From Pseudomonadota bacterium (GTDB taxonomy: Bacteria > Campylobacterota > Campylobacteria > Campylobacterales > Sulfurimonadaceae): a stretch of DNA of 64,000 nucleotides. The notes under the pieces were generated by a model that did not search any database, had not been told where the DNA came from, and saw nothing but the letters and a program-made list of their open reading frames with translations. Location: NCBI GenBank assembly GCA_043797085.1, contig JAZDQA010000013.1:32001-96000 (forward strand), written 5' to 3'. Position 1 is the first letter of the stretch. Each line of letters begins with the position of its first letter. A program made the translations under genes and the position numbers. Below, in pieces: positions 40,650 through 51,195 of the stretch.

Positions 40650-41531
40650 ATGATAACTTTTGGCGATATGCTGTTAAAACTTCAACAATTTTGGAATGAC
40701 CAAGGGTGCGCGATTGTCCAGCCCTATGATATACCTGCGGGTGCTGGGACGTTTCACCCTGCTACTTTTTTACGATCACTGGATTCTCAACCGTGGTCAG
40801 TAGCGTATGTCGCTCCAAGTCGCCGTCCGACTGATGGACGGTATGGCGAAAATCCAAACCGTCTGGGAAGCTACTATCAGTTTCAAGCTCTTATCAAACC
40901 AAGCCCTGAAAATATCCAAGAGCTTTATCTCAAGAGTCTCGAATATCTGGGGCTCAACCTCAAAGAACATGACATCCGTTTTGTCGAAGATAACTGGGAA
41001 TCTCCAACACTGGGTGCGTGGGGTCTGGGTTGGGAAGTGTGGCTTAACGGGATGGAAGTGACACAGTTTACCTATTTTCAGCAAGTAGGAGGGATCGCGT
41101 GCGATCCTGTCGCGGTTGAGATTACTTACGGAACCGAACGTCTGGCAATGTATCTCCAAGGGGTTGATACGGTGTTTGACATCGTTTGGAGCGAAAATCA
41201 GTATGGTAAAACTTTGTACCGTGACATCCACAAAGAGGGTGAAATCGAGTTTAGCAAATACAATTTTGAAATCGCCGATACCGCCATGCTTTTCGCTGAA
41301 TTTGAATCTAAATCAGCTGAATGTAAACGATGTCTCGATGCAGAACTTCCTCTCCCTGCCTATGATTTGTGCATGATGGCATCGCATACATTTAACACCC
41401 TCGATGCACGCAAAGCGATTTCTGTAACGGAGCGCGCTAACTACATTCTAAAAATTCGCGAACTTTCAAAGGGATGTGCCGAACTGTATAAATCTCAAGA
41501 AGAGGCAAGAATCGCACGAGTTAAAGCCTAA
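40650..41531 (+). CDS. glyQ: Glycine-tRNA ligase alpha subunit
   Basis: [42 protein letters not shown]. Confidence 0.98.
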   Translation: MITFGDMLLKLQQFWNDQGCAIVQPYDIPAGAGTFHPATFLRSLDSQPWSVAYVAPSRRPTDGRYGENPNRLGSYYQFQALIKPSPENIQELYLKSLEYLGLNLKEHDIRFVEDNWESPTLGAWGLGWEVWLNGMEVTQFTYFQQVGGIACDPVAVEITYGTERLAMYLQGVDTVFDIVWSENQYGKTLYRDIHKEGEIEFSKYNFEIADTAMLFAEFESKSAECKRCLDAELPLPAYDLCMMASHTFNTLDARKAISVTERANYILKIRELSKGCAELYKSQEEARIARVKA

Positions 41532-41597
41532 AAGATTAAAAATATGTCTATGAGCCACATAAATTTATTATTTTTACAATAACGCTACAATCTTTCC

Positions 41598-43835
41598 ATG
41601 AAAACACTCATCGGTCAAATCGATAAAATCATCTACGAAAACGGCGGTTTTTTTATCGCTGCTCTCAAAAGCGGTGAAAAAATCAGTGCTCATTACCATG
41701 AGAGTGATGTAGAAAATCTCAAAGATGCCGCCATCACTCTCAAGGGTGAATGGGAAGTTCATAAAAACTACGGCAAAACCTTCAATGCGCAATCCCTCAC
41801 CGTCAATCAAAACGAACTCTTCTTTTTTCTCAACCGCGTTGTCAAAGGATTTACCAAAAAACTCACCGCCGAGCTGATCGAAAAATATGGTCAAGAGGGA
41901 CTGGTTGAGATTTTAGAAAATAATATTGAGCAGCTTTTGGAAATCAAAGGAATGAATGAAAAACGGCTGGAGCGGTTGGCAAACGGCTGGAAACAATTTC
42001 GCTCCATGCGCCTTTTGGGAGAGTTTTTAGCTCCATTTGGTGTTACACCAATCCTCCTGCGTCTCATAGCAACTGCTATGAAAGAAGTCAAAAATCCCAT
42101 CGAGGCCATCCAAAAAAATCCATACACTCTTATGCGAATACATGGTATCGGCTTTAAAAAAGCGGATGAGATTGCATTAAACATGAAACTCCATCATCAT
42201 GATCCCAGACGTATACAAGCGGCGATGGAATTTACCCTCAGCGAATATTGCGACCAAGAGGGAAACAGCTGTATCGAAAAAAATATCCTCTTTATGAAGC
42301 TCGACGGATTGCTCAATTTAGGAAATAATGGTGTCTATGAAGAGGCTTTACTGGACAGAATCAACGAGGGAAGTATCGTTGTTTTATCCAGTGGAAAACT
42401 CGCACTTGATCGCATTTATGAAGCAGAAAAATTTTTAGTGGATAATTTTAGGAAACGAACCAAAATATCAGACCAATGTCTCACCGGTGATTTGGAGTCT
42501 TTTTTAAGCGAACATTCTCTGACTTTGGGTGAGCAACAGAAAAGTGCTTTAGAACGGATCAATCTAGGATGCAAATTGCTGCTCCTCGTAGGCTATGCCG
42601 GAACGGGGAAAAGTACCACGGCTAAAGCTCTTTTAGATTTGTTGAACACGCGCTACACGAGAGAAACAATCATCACATGTGCTCTAAGCGGTATCGCATC
42701 TCAACGGATTAAAGAGCGAAGCGGATATGAGAGTGCCACCATCCAAAGTCTCTTGGTCAAATTTGAAAGTCAGGATAAGATGCCGTACAATGTTGTCCTT
42801 ATCGACGAAGCTTCCATGATTAACTCCCTTCTGTTTGCACGGCTTGTTTCTAAAATCGACTCTGATGCTACCATCATCATCGTGGGTGATGACGCACAAC
42901 TTCCCCCTATCGGTGCTGGAAGTCCATTGAGTGATTTTATTGCTCTGGGCATCGCTCCTACCGTTACCCTTACCCACATCTATCGCCAACGCTCCGACCA
43001 AGCTATCGCCCTCATCGCCAATGACGTACGTCAAGGAGTTATTCCTGCCTATGGCGATGTTTATGATGATTTTACTTTTACCCCTGTTGATATTTCCAAC
43101 CGATACGCTCTCAAACAAAACCTAAGCGGCAGCGAATTTGACGAAGTTGTACAGACCAATACTCAAAACATTTTAGCTTCCATCGCACAAGCTGCGCTCA
43201 CTCATCTAAGTGTTTCTCGCACCTATCTTGAAACCAAAAAAATCAAAGAATATCTCAACCATTTTCAAGTCATTTCTCCCATGAGAGGACATGCACTTGG
43301 TGTGGAGAATCTCAATATCCTACTACAAGAATATTTTAATCCCAATCCAAAAAAAAAGATAAAAACCCATAAAGGTGAATTTCGTCTCTTTGATAAAGTC
43401 GTTCATATCCGCAATGAAAATATGCCCACTCATACGACGGATGAGTTCAAAGAGCAAAGCGATCCTCTGGAGCGACGGATATTCAACGGCATGTGTGGAT
43501 TGCTTTTTAAAATCGATGAAGAAGAGGAAGTGTGCAGTGTTTATTACCCCAATGAAGAGCTGATTGTTCACTATACCTATGAAAAAGTACGTGATTTACT
43601 CAGTCTCTCGTATGCGCTAAGTGTCCATAAAGTTCAAGGGATGGAGTATGAAAATATCGTGATGGTAATGAGCTTCTCACACCTTATTATGCTGAATACC
43701 AAACTCCTCTATACGGCTATCACAAGGGCAAAAAAACACTGTACCATCATCGGTGAGTCTTCAGCATTTGAAGTTGCATGCAAACGGCTTGAAAACACCA
43801 AACGTCAAACAGTAATGCAAGAATTGGAACGATAA
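41598..43835 (+). CDS. RecD2-like SF1B DNA helicase
   Basis: N-terminal OB/HhH region (GIGFKKADEIA), GYAGTGKST, IDEASM, GDDAQLPPIG, HKVQGMEY, YTAITRAK. Confidence 0.92.
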   Translation: MKTLIGQIDKIIYENGGFFIAALKSGEKISAHYHESDVENLKDAAITLKGEWEVHKNYGKTFNAQSLTVNQNELFFFLNRVVKGFTKKLTAELIEKYGQEGLVEILENNIEQLLEIKGMNEKRLERLANGWKQFRSMRLLGEFLAPFGVTPILLRLIATAMKEVKNPIEAIQKNPYTLMRIHGIGFKKADEIALNMKLHHHDPRRIQAAMEFTLSEYCDQEGNSCIEKNILFMKLDGLLNLGNNGVYEEALLDRINEGSIVVLSSGKLALDRIYEAEKFLVDNFRKRTKISDQCLTGDLESFLSEHSLTLGEQQKSALERINLGCKLLLLVGYAGTGKSTTAKALLDLLNTRYTRETIITCALSGIASQRIKERSGYESATIQSLLVKFESQDKMPYNVVLIDEASMINSLLFARLVSKIDSDATIIIVGDDAQLPPIGAGSPLSDFIALGIAPTVTLTHIYRQRSDQAIALIANDVRQGVIPAYGDVYDDFTFTPVDISNRYALKQNLSGSEFDEVVQTNTQNILASIAQAALTHLSVSRTYLETKKIKEYLNHFQVISPMRGHALGVENLNILLQEYFNPNPKKKIKTHKGEFRLFDKVVHIRNENMPTHTTDEFKEQSDPLERRIFNGMCGLLFKIDEEEEVCSVYYPNEELIVHYTYEKVRDLLSLSYALSVHKVQGMEYENIVMVMSFSHLIMLNTKLLYTAITRAKKHCTIIGESSAFEVACKRLENTKRQTVMQELER

Positions 43836-43907
43836 TAGAGGAAAATAATTCTCCGTTAGTTAAACTATGCTACAATATATGATTATTTTAATTATAAGGA
43901 GAGTCTC

Positions 43908-44927
43908 ATGAAAATCTTATTACTTAGCGCTCTTGTAGCAACAGCGGTTATTGGTGCTTCATTAGCCGATGAAGCCAAAACAGCGGGGTTAAAACCAATC
44001 CCTTCTAATGCAAAAGCACTTGAAAAACTCACTTCTAATCCTAAAAATCCTACAACAGCAGCAAAAATTGAGCTAGGGAAAATGCTTTATTTTGAGCCTC
44101 GCCTCTCTAAAAGCGGTCTCATTAGCTGTAACACCTGTCATAACTTGGCCATCGGTGGTGTTGATGGTATGAGTGCCGCAATCGGACATAAATGGACGGC
44201 TAACCCGCATCATTTGAGCTCTCCTACTGTTTATAATGCAGTATTTTACAGCCAGCAATTTTGGGATGGACGAAGCCCTCACCTCGAAGACCAAGCACAG
44301 GGTCCTATGCAAGCAGGTCCTGAAATGGCAGCACCAAAAGACCATGTAGCAGGTGTTGTTACGTCTATGCCTCAATACGTTAGCATGTTCCAAAAAGCGT
44401 ATGGCAAAGATGTCAAAATTACCTTTGAAAAAATCGCGGACACTATCGCTGTATATGAGCGTACATTGGTCACTCCATCACGTTATGATGCGTTCTTAAG
44501 CGGTAACAAAAAAGCACTTACAGCTCCAGAACAAAAAGGGCTTAAAACGTTTATCGATAAAGGATGCGCAACGTGTCATAACGACATCGCATTGGGCGGA
44601 ACGATGAATGCATTCAACGTGACGGCTCAGTATAAACATATGAATGTCGGTGATTTCAAAGGCGATGCAAATGGAATGGTACGTGTACCAACATTGCGTA
44701 ACATTACCGAAACAGCACCTTACTTTCATAACGGTCAAATTGCAACCCTTAGCGAAGCGATAAAAGAAATGGGTCGTATTCAATTGGGTGCTGATCTAAA
44801 CGATAAAGAAACAGCTGAGATTGAAACTTTCCTCAAATCACTCGAAGGCAAAAAACCAGCCGTTATCTACCCAATGCTTCCAACATCTACGGCTAAAACT
44901 CCGAAAGTGGACGTTATTAACAACTAA
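43908..44927 (+). CDS. Di-heme cytochrome c peroxidase
   Basis: Signal peptide, CNTCH and CATCH heme sites, QFWDGR, VPTLRNI..TAPYFHNG. Confidence 0.95.
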   Translation: MKILLLSALVATAVIGASLADEAKTAGLKPIPSNAKALEKLTSNPKNPTTAAKIELGKMLYFEPRLSKSGLISCNTCHNLAIGGVDGMSAAIGHKWTANPHHLSSPTVYNAVFYSQQFWDGRSPHLEDQAQGPMQAGPEMAAPKDHVAGVVTSMPQYVSMFQKAYGKDVKITFEKIADTIAVYERTLVTPSRYDAFLSGNKKALTAPEQKGLKTFIDKGCATCHNDIALGGTMNAFNVTAQYKHMNVGDFKGDANGMVRVPTLRNITETAPYFHNGQIATLSEAIKEMGRIQLGADLNDKETAEIETFLKSLEGKKPAVIYPMLPTSTAKTPKVDVINN

Positions 44928-44939
44928 TCTACTACCTCT

Positions 44940-44968
44940 CGTCACTCCTCGCCTACGCGGGAGTGACG
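44940..44968. repeat. CGTC-tagged palindrome between convergent genes (probable bidirectional terminator)
   Basis: CGTCACTCC-tcgcctacgcg-GGAGTGACG. Confidence 0.6.
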
Positions 44969-44969
44969 G

Positions 44970-45647
44970 CTACTGACACTCTATCCCCGCAAACTCTTTT
45001 TGATATTCTTTGCAATCACTCTTTGGAATCTGTAACAGCTTCGGATTTTTAATCGGATCAAGCCAACGTAACATCTCTAAAAGCGGTTTTTCATCCATTG
45101 CGGTACATCCTGACGTTGGACGATAATCGAGACGATTTAGATGAAAAAAGATGCAAGAACCTCTCCCTTTTTCACCCAGTCGGTTATGCTCGATAACTGC
45201 ACCATAACGATAAAGCTCATCACTACGATGCATATTTTCAAAACTTTTTGGAGGATTTAATGGATTTAAAAGAGTCATCTTATTGTAAAAGCGATCATTA
45301 ACGTCGTCTACGCAAATTAAATTTTCATCCGCATACAAATAAGGCATTGAAGAATTGGTTTCGAGTCCATATCCGAATGTTGATCCTATCTCAAACACTC
45401 CGGCAGGACTGCGCCCGTCTCCTTCGTTTTTTTGCGGTTGACGCTCTTGCGCCCAACCCAGTCCATTACGCCCAAGAGTTACCCTAATCCCCTCGCCAAT
45501 CTTGCTCCAAGTGCCCTCTTTTTCATACCGCTGCAAGATGCCATGCGTTGAATTGAGTTCAGGTGAAACCACAACAACAAGCTGCTGTGATCCCCATATA
45601 GATGCCGTTATGATAAAAATAAAAATAAATGAAGTGAATTTAGACAT
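44970..45647 (-). CDS. L,D-transpeptidase (YkuD) family protein
   Basis: EGDGRSPAG, GSCIFFH...PTSGCTA. Confidence 0.88.
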   Translation of the reverse strand: MSKFTSFIFIFIITASIWGSQQLVVVVSPELNSTHGILQRYEKEGTWSKIGEGIRVTLGRNGLGWAQERQPQKNEGDGRSPAGVFEIGSTFGYGLETNSSMPYLYADENLICVDDVNDRFYNKMTLLNPLNPPKSFENMHRSDELYRYGAVIEHNRLGEKGRGSCIFFHLNRLDYRPTSGCTAMDEKPLLEMLRWLDPIKNPKLLQIPKSDCKEYQKEFAGIECQ

Positions 45648-45719
45648 ATTTCCAGCTCGAACTTAGTTTGTTTTAAAGTTAGGTAGTATAGCATAATGAA
45701 AATCATGGGGGTACAGGGA

Positions 45720-46343
45720 ATGAGCATAACCATTCGAAAAGCCGAAGAAGCGGACGCACCATTTATAGCTAAAGCTCTTTTGGAAAGTTCCCGTTCTGGA
45801 AAAAAAGTAGGAATATTCGATTATATTTTTAATACTAATGATGAAAAACAACTTTTAGAATTTCTTCAAAAATTTACATTGACTACTACCAAAAGCTATT
45901 GTCATTTTTCTAACTTTATGATCGCTGTAGTGAGAGGCAAAAGCGTTGGAACCATTTGCGGTTACGAACCGCGTATTGCAACCCATGATATTTTTGCACG
46001 TGCTCTTGAAGAAGTCGGTATTGATGAATCATATCATGAACGAATCGCGGGTTATTTACTGTGTGAACCCGAAATCGACAATAAAACTTGGGTATGTGAT
46101 TTTATGGTGATTGATCCTGAATATAAAAGTTTTGAAATTCTCAAAGAGTTGGTGGGTAAAAGCATGCTCACCGCACGACTCAAAGGATACCGAAAAGTAC
46201 AAACGATGATCGAGATAGGGTCGGCTGAAACAGAACTTATTTATAAAAAATTAGGCTTCAGTGTCATTGATGAAAAAAGAAGTGACTATTACGAAGAACA
46301 GTTTGGACGTGCAGGCTTAATGCGACTGCAAGTCATACTCTAA
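45720..46343 (+). CDS. GNAT family N-acetyltransferase
   Basis: ITIRKA...DA, IYKKLGF; start placed at ATG 45720 after a GGGGG/AGGG SD. Confidence 0.75.
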   Translation: MSITIRKAEEADAPFIAKALLESSRSGKKVGIFDYIFNTNDEKQLLEFLQKFTLTTTKSYCHFSNFMIAVVRGKSVGTICGYEPRIATHDIFARALEEVGIDESYHERIAGYLLCEPEIDNKTWVCDFMVIDPEYKSFEILKELVGKSMLTARLKGYRKVQTMIEIGSAETELIYKKLGFSVIDEKRSDYYEEQFGRAGLMRLQVIL

Positions 46344-46353
46344 GGACTTCCAA

Positions 46354-47727
46354 ATCGAATTTGGTCTTCTAGGGCTGCTCCCTCCTTTTATTGCTATTGT
46401 CCTTGCTCTCTTTAGTCGTTCAGTTTTCATAGCACTCATCGCCGCCATTCTCGTTGGAGAATTCATCATTGCCGGTTTTCATCCACTCCCGATACTCATC
46501 CATCTTTTTGAACGATTTTGGGGACTTTTGAGCGAGTTATGGGTACTTAAAACTTTAGCATTTGCTTTGATGGTAGGATCTGTTATGAGCCTTATCGAGC
46601 GTAGCGGGGGAGTTAATGGATTGGTTCATGAGCTCAGCACCAAACGCTCTCTTGTCAGTTCTAAACGCGGTGCCTTAATGCCCAGTTTTATCGCAGGGCT
46701 TATTATCTTTATAGAATCTTCCATTACCTCCCTTGTGGCAGGGGCTATCGGACGACCATTTTGCGATAAATATGGAATTAGTCGTGCGAAACTTGCATTT
46801 GTGTGTGACTCTACTTCAGCCCCCGTATGCTCCATCATTGCTATCAACGGTTGGGGAGCATTGCTTTTGGGACTCATCGGGGGTCAGATCACAGCAGGGC
46901 TTATCGCCGGAGAAGAGGCTGGCTGGCTTATCAGCGCTATCGGCTACAATTTTTACGCCTACATCGCCCTCATCGTCACCTTTTTTACCATCTGGTACAA
47001 CATCGATATTGGTCCCATGAAACACGCTGCCATCACTGAACCTTCCATAGAGTGTGATGATGAGCAAGGTTCCGTTGGTCTTTTCGTATGGCCGATGGTG
47101 TGGATGATTGGCGGAGTACTGATTTTTATGTTTATCACGGGAGATGGAAATTTACTCAAAGGGTCGGGATCAAGCTCTATTTTTTATACCCTTATAGTAA
47201 CGTTACTCATGATGTATGGCTATTATCGATTTAAAAATGCCATGAATACAACTGACTTTATCAGCTTTGCATTCCAAGGAGCCAAATCAATGGCACCGAT
47301 TGCTTCGATACTGCTTCTCGCATTTGCCATCGGCGGTGTAAGCTCAGACATGCAAGTGGGGCATTACCTCGCTAGCTTCATCGGGGATTATCTCCCCAGT
47401 GCCTATCTGCCTGCTGCGATTTTTGTCCTTAGTGCCATCATCGCCTTTGCTACGGGAACGAGTTGGGGAACATTTAGTATTATGCTCCCTATCGCTGTTC
47501 CTCTCGCCGTGGGTCTGGATGCTCCGGTGGCATTGGCTATGGGTGCGGTTATCTCAGGAGGCGTTTTTGGCGATCACTGTTCCCCTATTTCCGATACCAC
47601 TATCATTTCTGCCATGGCAAGCGGATGCAGTGTCCAAGAACATACGAAAACCCAACTTCCCTATGCACTTATCTCCGCAACGGTTGCACTACTTTTATTT
47701 ATCGTTGTCGGATTGATCCTTTCCTAA
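46354..47727 (+). CDS. Na+/H+ antiporter NhaC family protein (apparent ATC start)
   Basis: DSTSAPV, FATGTSWGTF, GGVFGDHCSPISDTT, H.KTQLPYA. The frame extends upstream of the called TTG to ATC 46354 (IEFGLLGLLPPFIAIVLAL) behind an AAGGA SD. Confidence 0.85.
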   Translation: MEFGLLGLLPPFIAIVLALFSRSVFIALIAAILVGEFIIAGFHPLPILIHLFERFWGLLSELWVLKTLAFALMVGSVMSLIERSGGVNGLVHELSTKRSLVSSKRGALMPSFIAGLIIFIESSITSLVAGAIGRPFCDKYGISRAKLAFVCDSTSAPVCSIIAINGWGALLLGLIGGQITAGLIAGEEAGWLISAIGYNFYAYIALIVTFFTIWYNIDIGPMKHAAITEPSIECDDEQGSVGLFVWPMVWMIGGVLIFMFITGDGNLLKGSGSSSIFYTLIVTLLMMYGYYRFKNAMNTTDFISFAFQGAKSMAPIASILLLAFAIGGVSSDMQVGHYLASFIGDYLPSAYLPAAIFVLSAIIAFATGTSWGTFSIMLPIAVPLAVGLDAPVALAMGAVISGGVFGDHCSPISDTTIISAMASGCSVQEHTKTQLPYALISATVALLLFIVVGLILS

Positions 47728-47791
47728 TGCGCTAATACTTCACTAACTCTTCTATATTAAAATTTTCCTATCTAAAAAATGGGAGCAAACC

Positions 47792-49042
47792 ATGAAATTT
47801 TCAAAAAAAATAGCGTCTCTGTCACTTGCAGTATCCGTTGCAGTTTTATTAGCAGGATGCGGCGAAGGTGATGACACGACCAGTACCGTCAAAGGAACCG
47901 ATACAACGACAACCCTAAGCGGAACAGTTGCGGATGGGTATCTTGTCGGAGCAAAAGTTTGTATCGATAAAAACTTCAATGATGTTTGTGACGCAGATGA
48001 ACCATTTGCGATTACAGATAATGGCGGACGCTATACATTAGCGCTTTCATCCATGGAAGCAACTGGCTTTCCAATAATCGTTGAAGCGGATGAAAACACC
48101 ATTGACTTGGATACGAATACTAGAATTGGTGAAAAATGGCACTTCAAAGCAGTAGCTGGGAATAGCAGCTTTATCTCTCCTTTGAGCACCTTGGTTGCAC
48201 AAGAGATGGAATTAAATACATCATTGACACTTGAACAAGCGATGCTTAATCTGCAAACCGAACTGGGCATTGATATTAATAGTACTGTAGACTATGTTGC
48301 TGCCAATAATACCAAAGCGCACAATGCGGCAAAAATTATTGCTAAATCATTAGCAAATACAGAAAAATTATTAACTGCAGCTACAACTATCACAGAATCT
48401 CCTATTCTCGCAGCATCCGCTACGGTCGCAACATCTACTTCGAATACACGTACCATTCGTTTGCTTGCTGCTCGACAAGTACGTTCTCAAACAGCTGCGA
48501 TAAAAGTGGCTGCTGAAGCCAATGATACTGCCTTTCTTACCGACGTCAATACTGCAGATGTAACTGCACAAGTTAGTGAATTGAGCGCATCACTGGAATC
48601 CTCATTAGCGCAAGAGATTAAAGAGGGTCTTCTTTTTATGTATCAAGAAGAAAAAGTAGCCCGTGATGTTTACAACGTATTAGGTCAAAAGTACCCGTCA
48701 GCAAAAACGTTTGCCAATATTCAGCTTTCAGAACAAAAGCATATTGATGCCGTTGAAAATTTATGTATAAAATATGGTGTTGATATTTCAAACGTCAATG
48801 AAACTGCCGTCGGTGAATTTATTTTGCCAGAGTTGCAAACGTTATACAATACCCTCATTCAACAAGGCAATATCTCGCTCACCCAAGCTTATAAAGTAGG
48901 ACAGGCTATCGAGATCAAAGACATTGAAGATATAGATGTGCGTTTAAGCGCCACAAATTTGCCCTCAGACATCCGAACGGTCTATGAAAGTTTACGTGCT
49001 GGCAGTGAAAGTCATCTTACGGCGTTTAACAAGCAACTCTAA
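47792..49042 (+). CDS. Lipoprotein with C-terminal DUF2202 ferritin-like domain
   Basis: Lipobox LLAGC; GTVADGYLVGAKVCID.N.N..CD; C-terminal EEKVARDVY, SEQKH, E..DI.D, GSESH. Confidence 0.8.
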   Translation: MKFSKKIASLSLAVSVAVLLAGCGEGDDTTSTVKGTDTTTTLSGTVADGYLVGAKVCIDKNFNDVCDADEPFAITDNGGRYTLALSSMEATGFPIIVEADENTIDLDTNTRIGEKWHFKAVAGNSSFISPLSTLVAQEMELNTSLTLEQAMLNLQTELGIDINSTVDYVAANNTKAHNAAKIIAKSLANTEKLLTAATTITESPILAASATVATSTSNTRTIRLLAARQVRSQTAAIKVAAEANDTAFLTDVNTADVTAQVSELSASLESSLAQEIKEGLLFMYQEEKVARDVYNVLGQKYPSAKTFANIQLSEQKHIDAVENLCIKYGVDISNVNETAVGEFILPELQTLYNTLIQQGNISLTQAYKVGQAIEIKDIEDIDVRLSATNLPSDIRTVYESLRAGSESHLTAFNKQL

Positions 49043-49083
49043 AAATATTAACTATAATATAACGTAACGCGAAGGAGGAAGTT

Positions 49084-49716
49084 TTGAAGATTTTATTGCT
49101 TGAAGATGATATCCTCCTTGGTGAAACACTTGAAGAGATGCTTACAGAGGCTCATTACGGTGTCCATTGGGTCAAAGATGGTGAAGAGGCTGCTGCGGCG
49201 ACCTTCGATACGGTTTATGATCTTTATATTTTGGACATCAACGTTCCAAAGATCAATGGATTTCAGCTGCTTGAAGAGCTTCGTGCAGCAGGTGATAATA
49301 CCCGCGTCATTTTTATCAGTGCGATGAGTGATATGGCGTCGATTTCCAAAGGGTTTCGTTTGGGTGCAGACGATTATCTCAAAAAACCGTTTTTTCCTGA
49401 AGAATTACTCGTACGCATTGATGCGAAATTTACTCAATTTCAAAAAGTTATTCAACATGGAGAGATTAGCTTTAATCCTCAGAATAATGAAGTACATAAA
49501 GAAGGGCGTCTTATCACGCTTGGAGATGTTCAGCTTCCAATGTTGCGAATTTTTATCCAAAATATCGGCAGAACGCTCACAAAAGAGACGCTGTTTGATT
49601 TAATGGAACACCCAAGCGACAGTGCACTGCGTGTCGCTATTAATAAGCTTAAAACTACGACAAATTGGGAAATTCAAAACATACGTGCAGTGGGGTATCG
49701 CCTTGAAACACGCTGA
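49084..49716 (+). CDS. OmpR-family response regulator
   Basis: LLLEDD, ILDINVP, GADDYLKKPF, wHTH ending in GYRL. Confidence 0.93.
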   Translation: MKILLLEDDILLGETLEEMLTEAHYGVHWVKDGEEAAAATFDTVYDLYILDINVPKINGFQLLEELRAAGDNTRVIFISAMSDMASISKGFRLGADDYLKKPFFPEELLVRIDAKFTQFQKVIQHGEISFNPQNNEVHKEGRLITLGDVQLPMLRIFIQNIGRTLTKETLFDLMEHPSDSALRVAINKLKTTTNWEIQNIRAVGYRLETR

Positions 49717-50755
49717 AACAGAGTCGTTTATCAAAAGTTTTTTGGTTTTTTTCATCTCCTTGTCTCTCTTGAGCGGCTTGCTTTTTTGGTTTGAATATAC
49801 CCAAAAGCGTCATGCGCTCAAAGAGGCTGTTTTCAATGAGATGAAAGTGTGCAGTTTTGATCTCAAGTGTCAACAATTCACGTTTGATTTTGCACCTTTA
49901 CAGACGGCAACACTTTATGTACTCACTCAAGACAAGAGCGGATACTATGCCCTTTTTTCTATTCCCAGCAGTAAATATGCGTTAAAACTGCATCTTTCTC
50001 AGGAATATTTCGATGCACGGCTGCATCAAACACAAAACTCGTTGCTTCAAGCTTTTTTGATGACCCTTTTGATTTTAGCAATTATCTCTGCTCTCTTTTC
50101 ATTTTATACCCTCCATCCATTGAGAAAGGCATTGCGTTTAACTCAAGAGTTTAGCCGTGATATTCTTCATGATTTTAATACGCCCCTTTCAAGTCTAAGA
50201 CTAAATGTCAGCCTCTTAAATGTCTCCGAAAGTGAAAGCAAAAAAATCCGGCGTATCGAGCGAAGTATTCAGACGATGATTTCACTGGGGGACAATTTAC
50301 GCAGTTATCTCGAAGGTCACTCCTTGCAAAAAAAGAGTATCGATTTACGTACGTTAGTCGAAGATCGTGTAACAGCGATTCAAAAGCTTTATCCCTCTGT
50401 CTCTTTTATTCTTGATCCTTCCACCCTCTCAATCAACACAAATCCGGATGCTATCACTCGAATATTGGACAACCTTTTGAGTAATGCGTGCAAATACAAC
50501 AAAGAAAACGGCTCCGTATGGATATCCATCCATTCTGCTACAAAAACACTTCATATTGATGATAACGGCAAAGGGATTGAAAATCCTGAAAAAATATTCG
50601 ACCGTTTTTACAAAGAGCATGAAAGAGGTTTGGGACTTGGATTGCACATCGTTAAAAAACTGTGTGACGAACTCAAAATTCCCATTTATGTTAAAAGTAT
50701 TTTACATCAAGGGACAAAGTTTACCCTCGATTTACACACAATAGTACATCAGTAA
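49703..50755 (+). CDS. Sensor histidine kinase
   Basis: Two TM helices, LHDFNTPL, NLLSNACKY, DNGKGI, GLGLGL; TTG start overlapping the regulator stop. Confidence 0.92.
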   Translation: MKHAETESFIKSFLVFFISLSLLSGLLFWFEYTQKRHALKEAVFNEMKVCSFDLKCQQFTFDFAPLQTATLYVLTQDKSGYYALFSIPSSKYALKLHLSQEYFDARLHQTQNSLLQAFLMTLLILAIISALFSFYTLHPLRKALRLTQEFSRDILHDFNTPLSSLRLNVSLLNVSESESKKIRRIERSIQTMISLGDNLRSYLEGHSLQKKSIDLRTLVEDRVTAIQKLYPSVSFILDPSTLSINTNPDAITRILDNLLSNACKYNKENGSVWISIHSATKTLHIDDNGKGIENPEKIFDRFYKEHERGLGLGLHIVKKLCDELKIPIYVKSILHQGTKFTLDLHTIVHQ

Positions 50756-50781
50756 TTTTTCTAGGGTATCATAATACTTAA

Positions 50782-50828
50782 TATTATGCATTTTGAATTC
50801 TCAAGAAAATCATTCAAAATGCGTAATA
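50782..50828. repeat. Long AT-rich palindrome containing an 18-bp copy of the 34.1-kb element end
   Basis: TATTATGCATTTTGAAT...ATTCAAAATGCGTAATA (16/17 inverted); TTGAATTCTCAAGAAAAT at 50793-50810 equals 34204-34221. Confidence 0.55.
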
Positions 50829-50860
50829 CTAGATAATAATTTAAATACAAAGGAGTGTCT

Positions 50861-51193
50861 ATGAAATTTTTACCTTTTTTAACTACGCTGATGCTTTTAG
50901 TATCAGTTGCCCAATGTGAGAGTATTATCGATACCCAAATTGATCAAATCATGAAAGCACCTGCGAATGAGCGATATGAGCTGATGAATCAACTCAAAAC
51001 AAAGATTGCAACGATGAATGAAACCGAAAGAAATGAAGCTTTGCAAAAGCTCCAAGGCGGTATGGGCAAGGGTATGAGTAAAGGTTCACAAAATAATTTC
51101 TCCGGTATACCGATGCAACAGATGAATCGAAACGGCTCAGCACAGCGTCAAATGAATACCAATACGCAGCAAAATTTTCAAAATCGACGCTAA
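50861..51193 (+). CDS. Small exported Met/Gln-rich protein
   Basis: AAGGAG SD, signal peptide, helical core ERYELMNQLK, low-complexity tail. Confidence 0.7.
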   Translation: MKFLPFLTTLMLLVSVAQCESIIDTQIDQIMKAPANERYELMNQLKTKIATMNETERNEALQKLQGGMGKGMSKGSQNNFSGIPMQQMNRNGSAQRQMNTNTQQNFQNRR

Positions 51194-51195
51194 AA

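Noticed and set aside
41598..43835. RecD2-like helicase as a defence-system component
   Set aside because: Stand-alone gene among housekeeping genes, with no partner nuclease or island signature
43836..43907. Fur/PerR box upstream of the cytochrome c peroxidase
   Set aside because: AT-rich region with only a weak match; cannot be supported by eye
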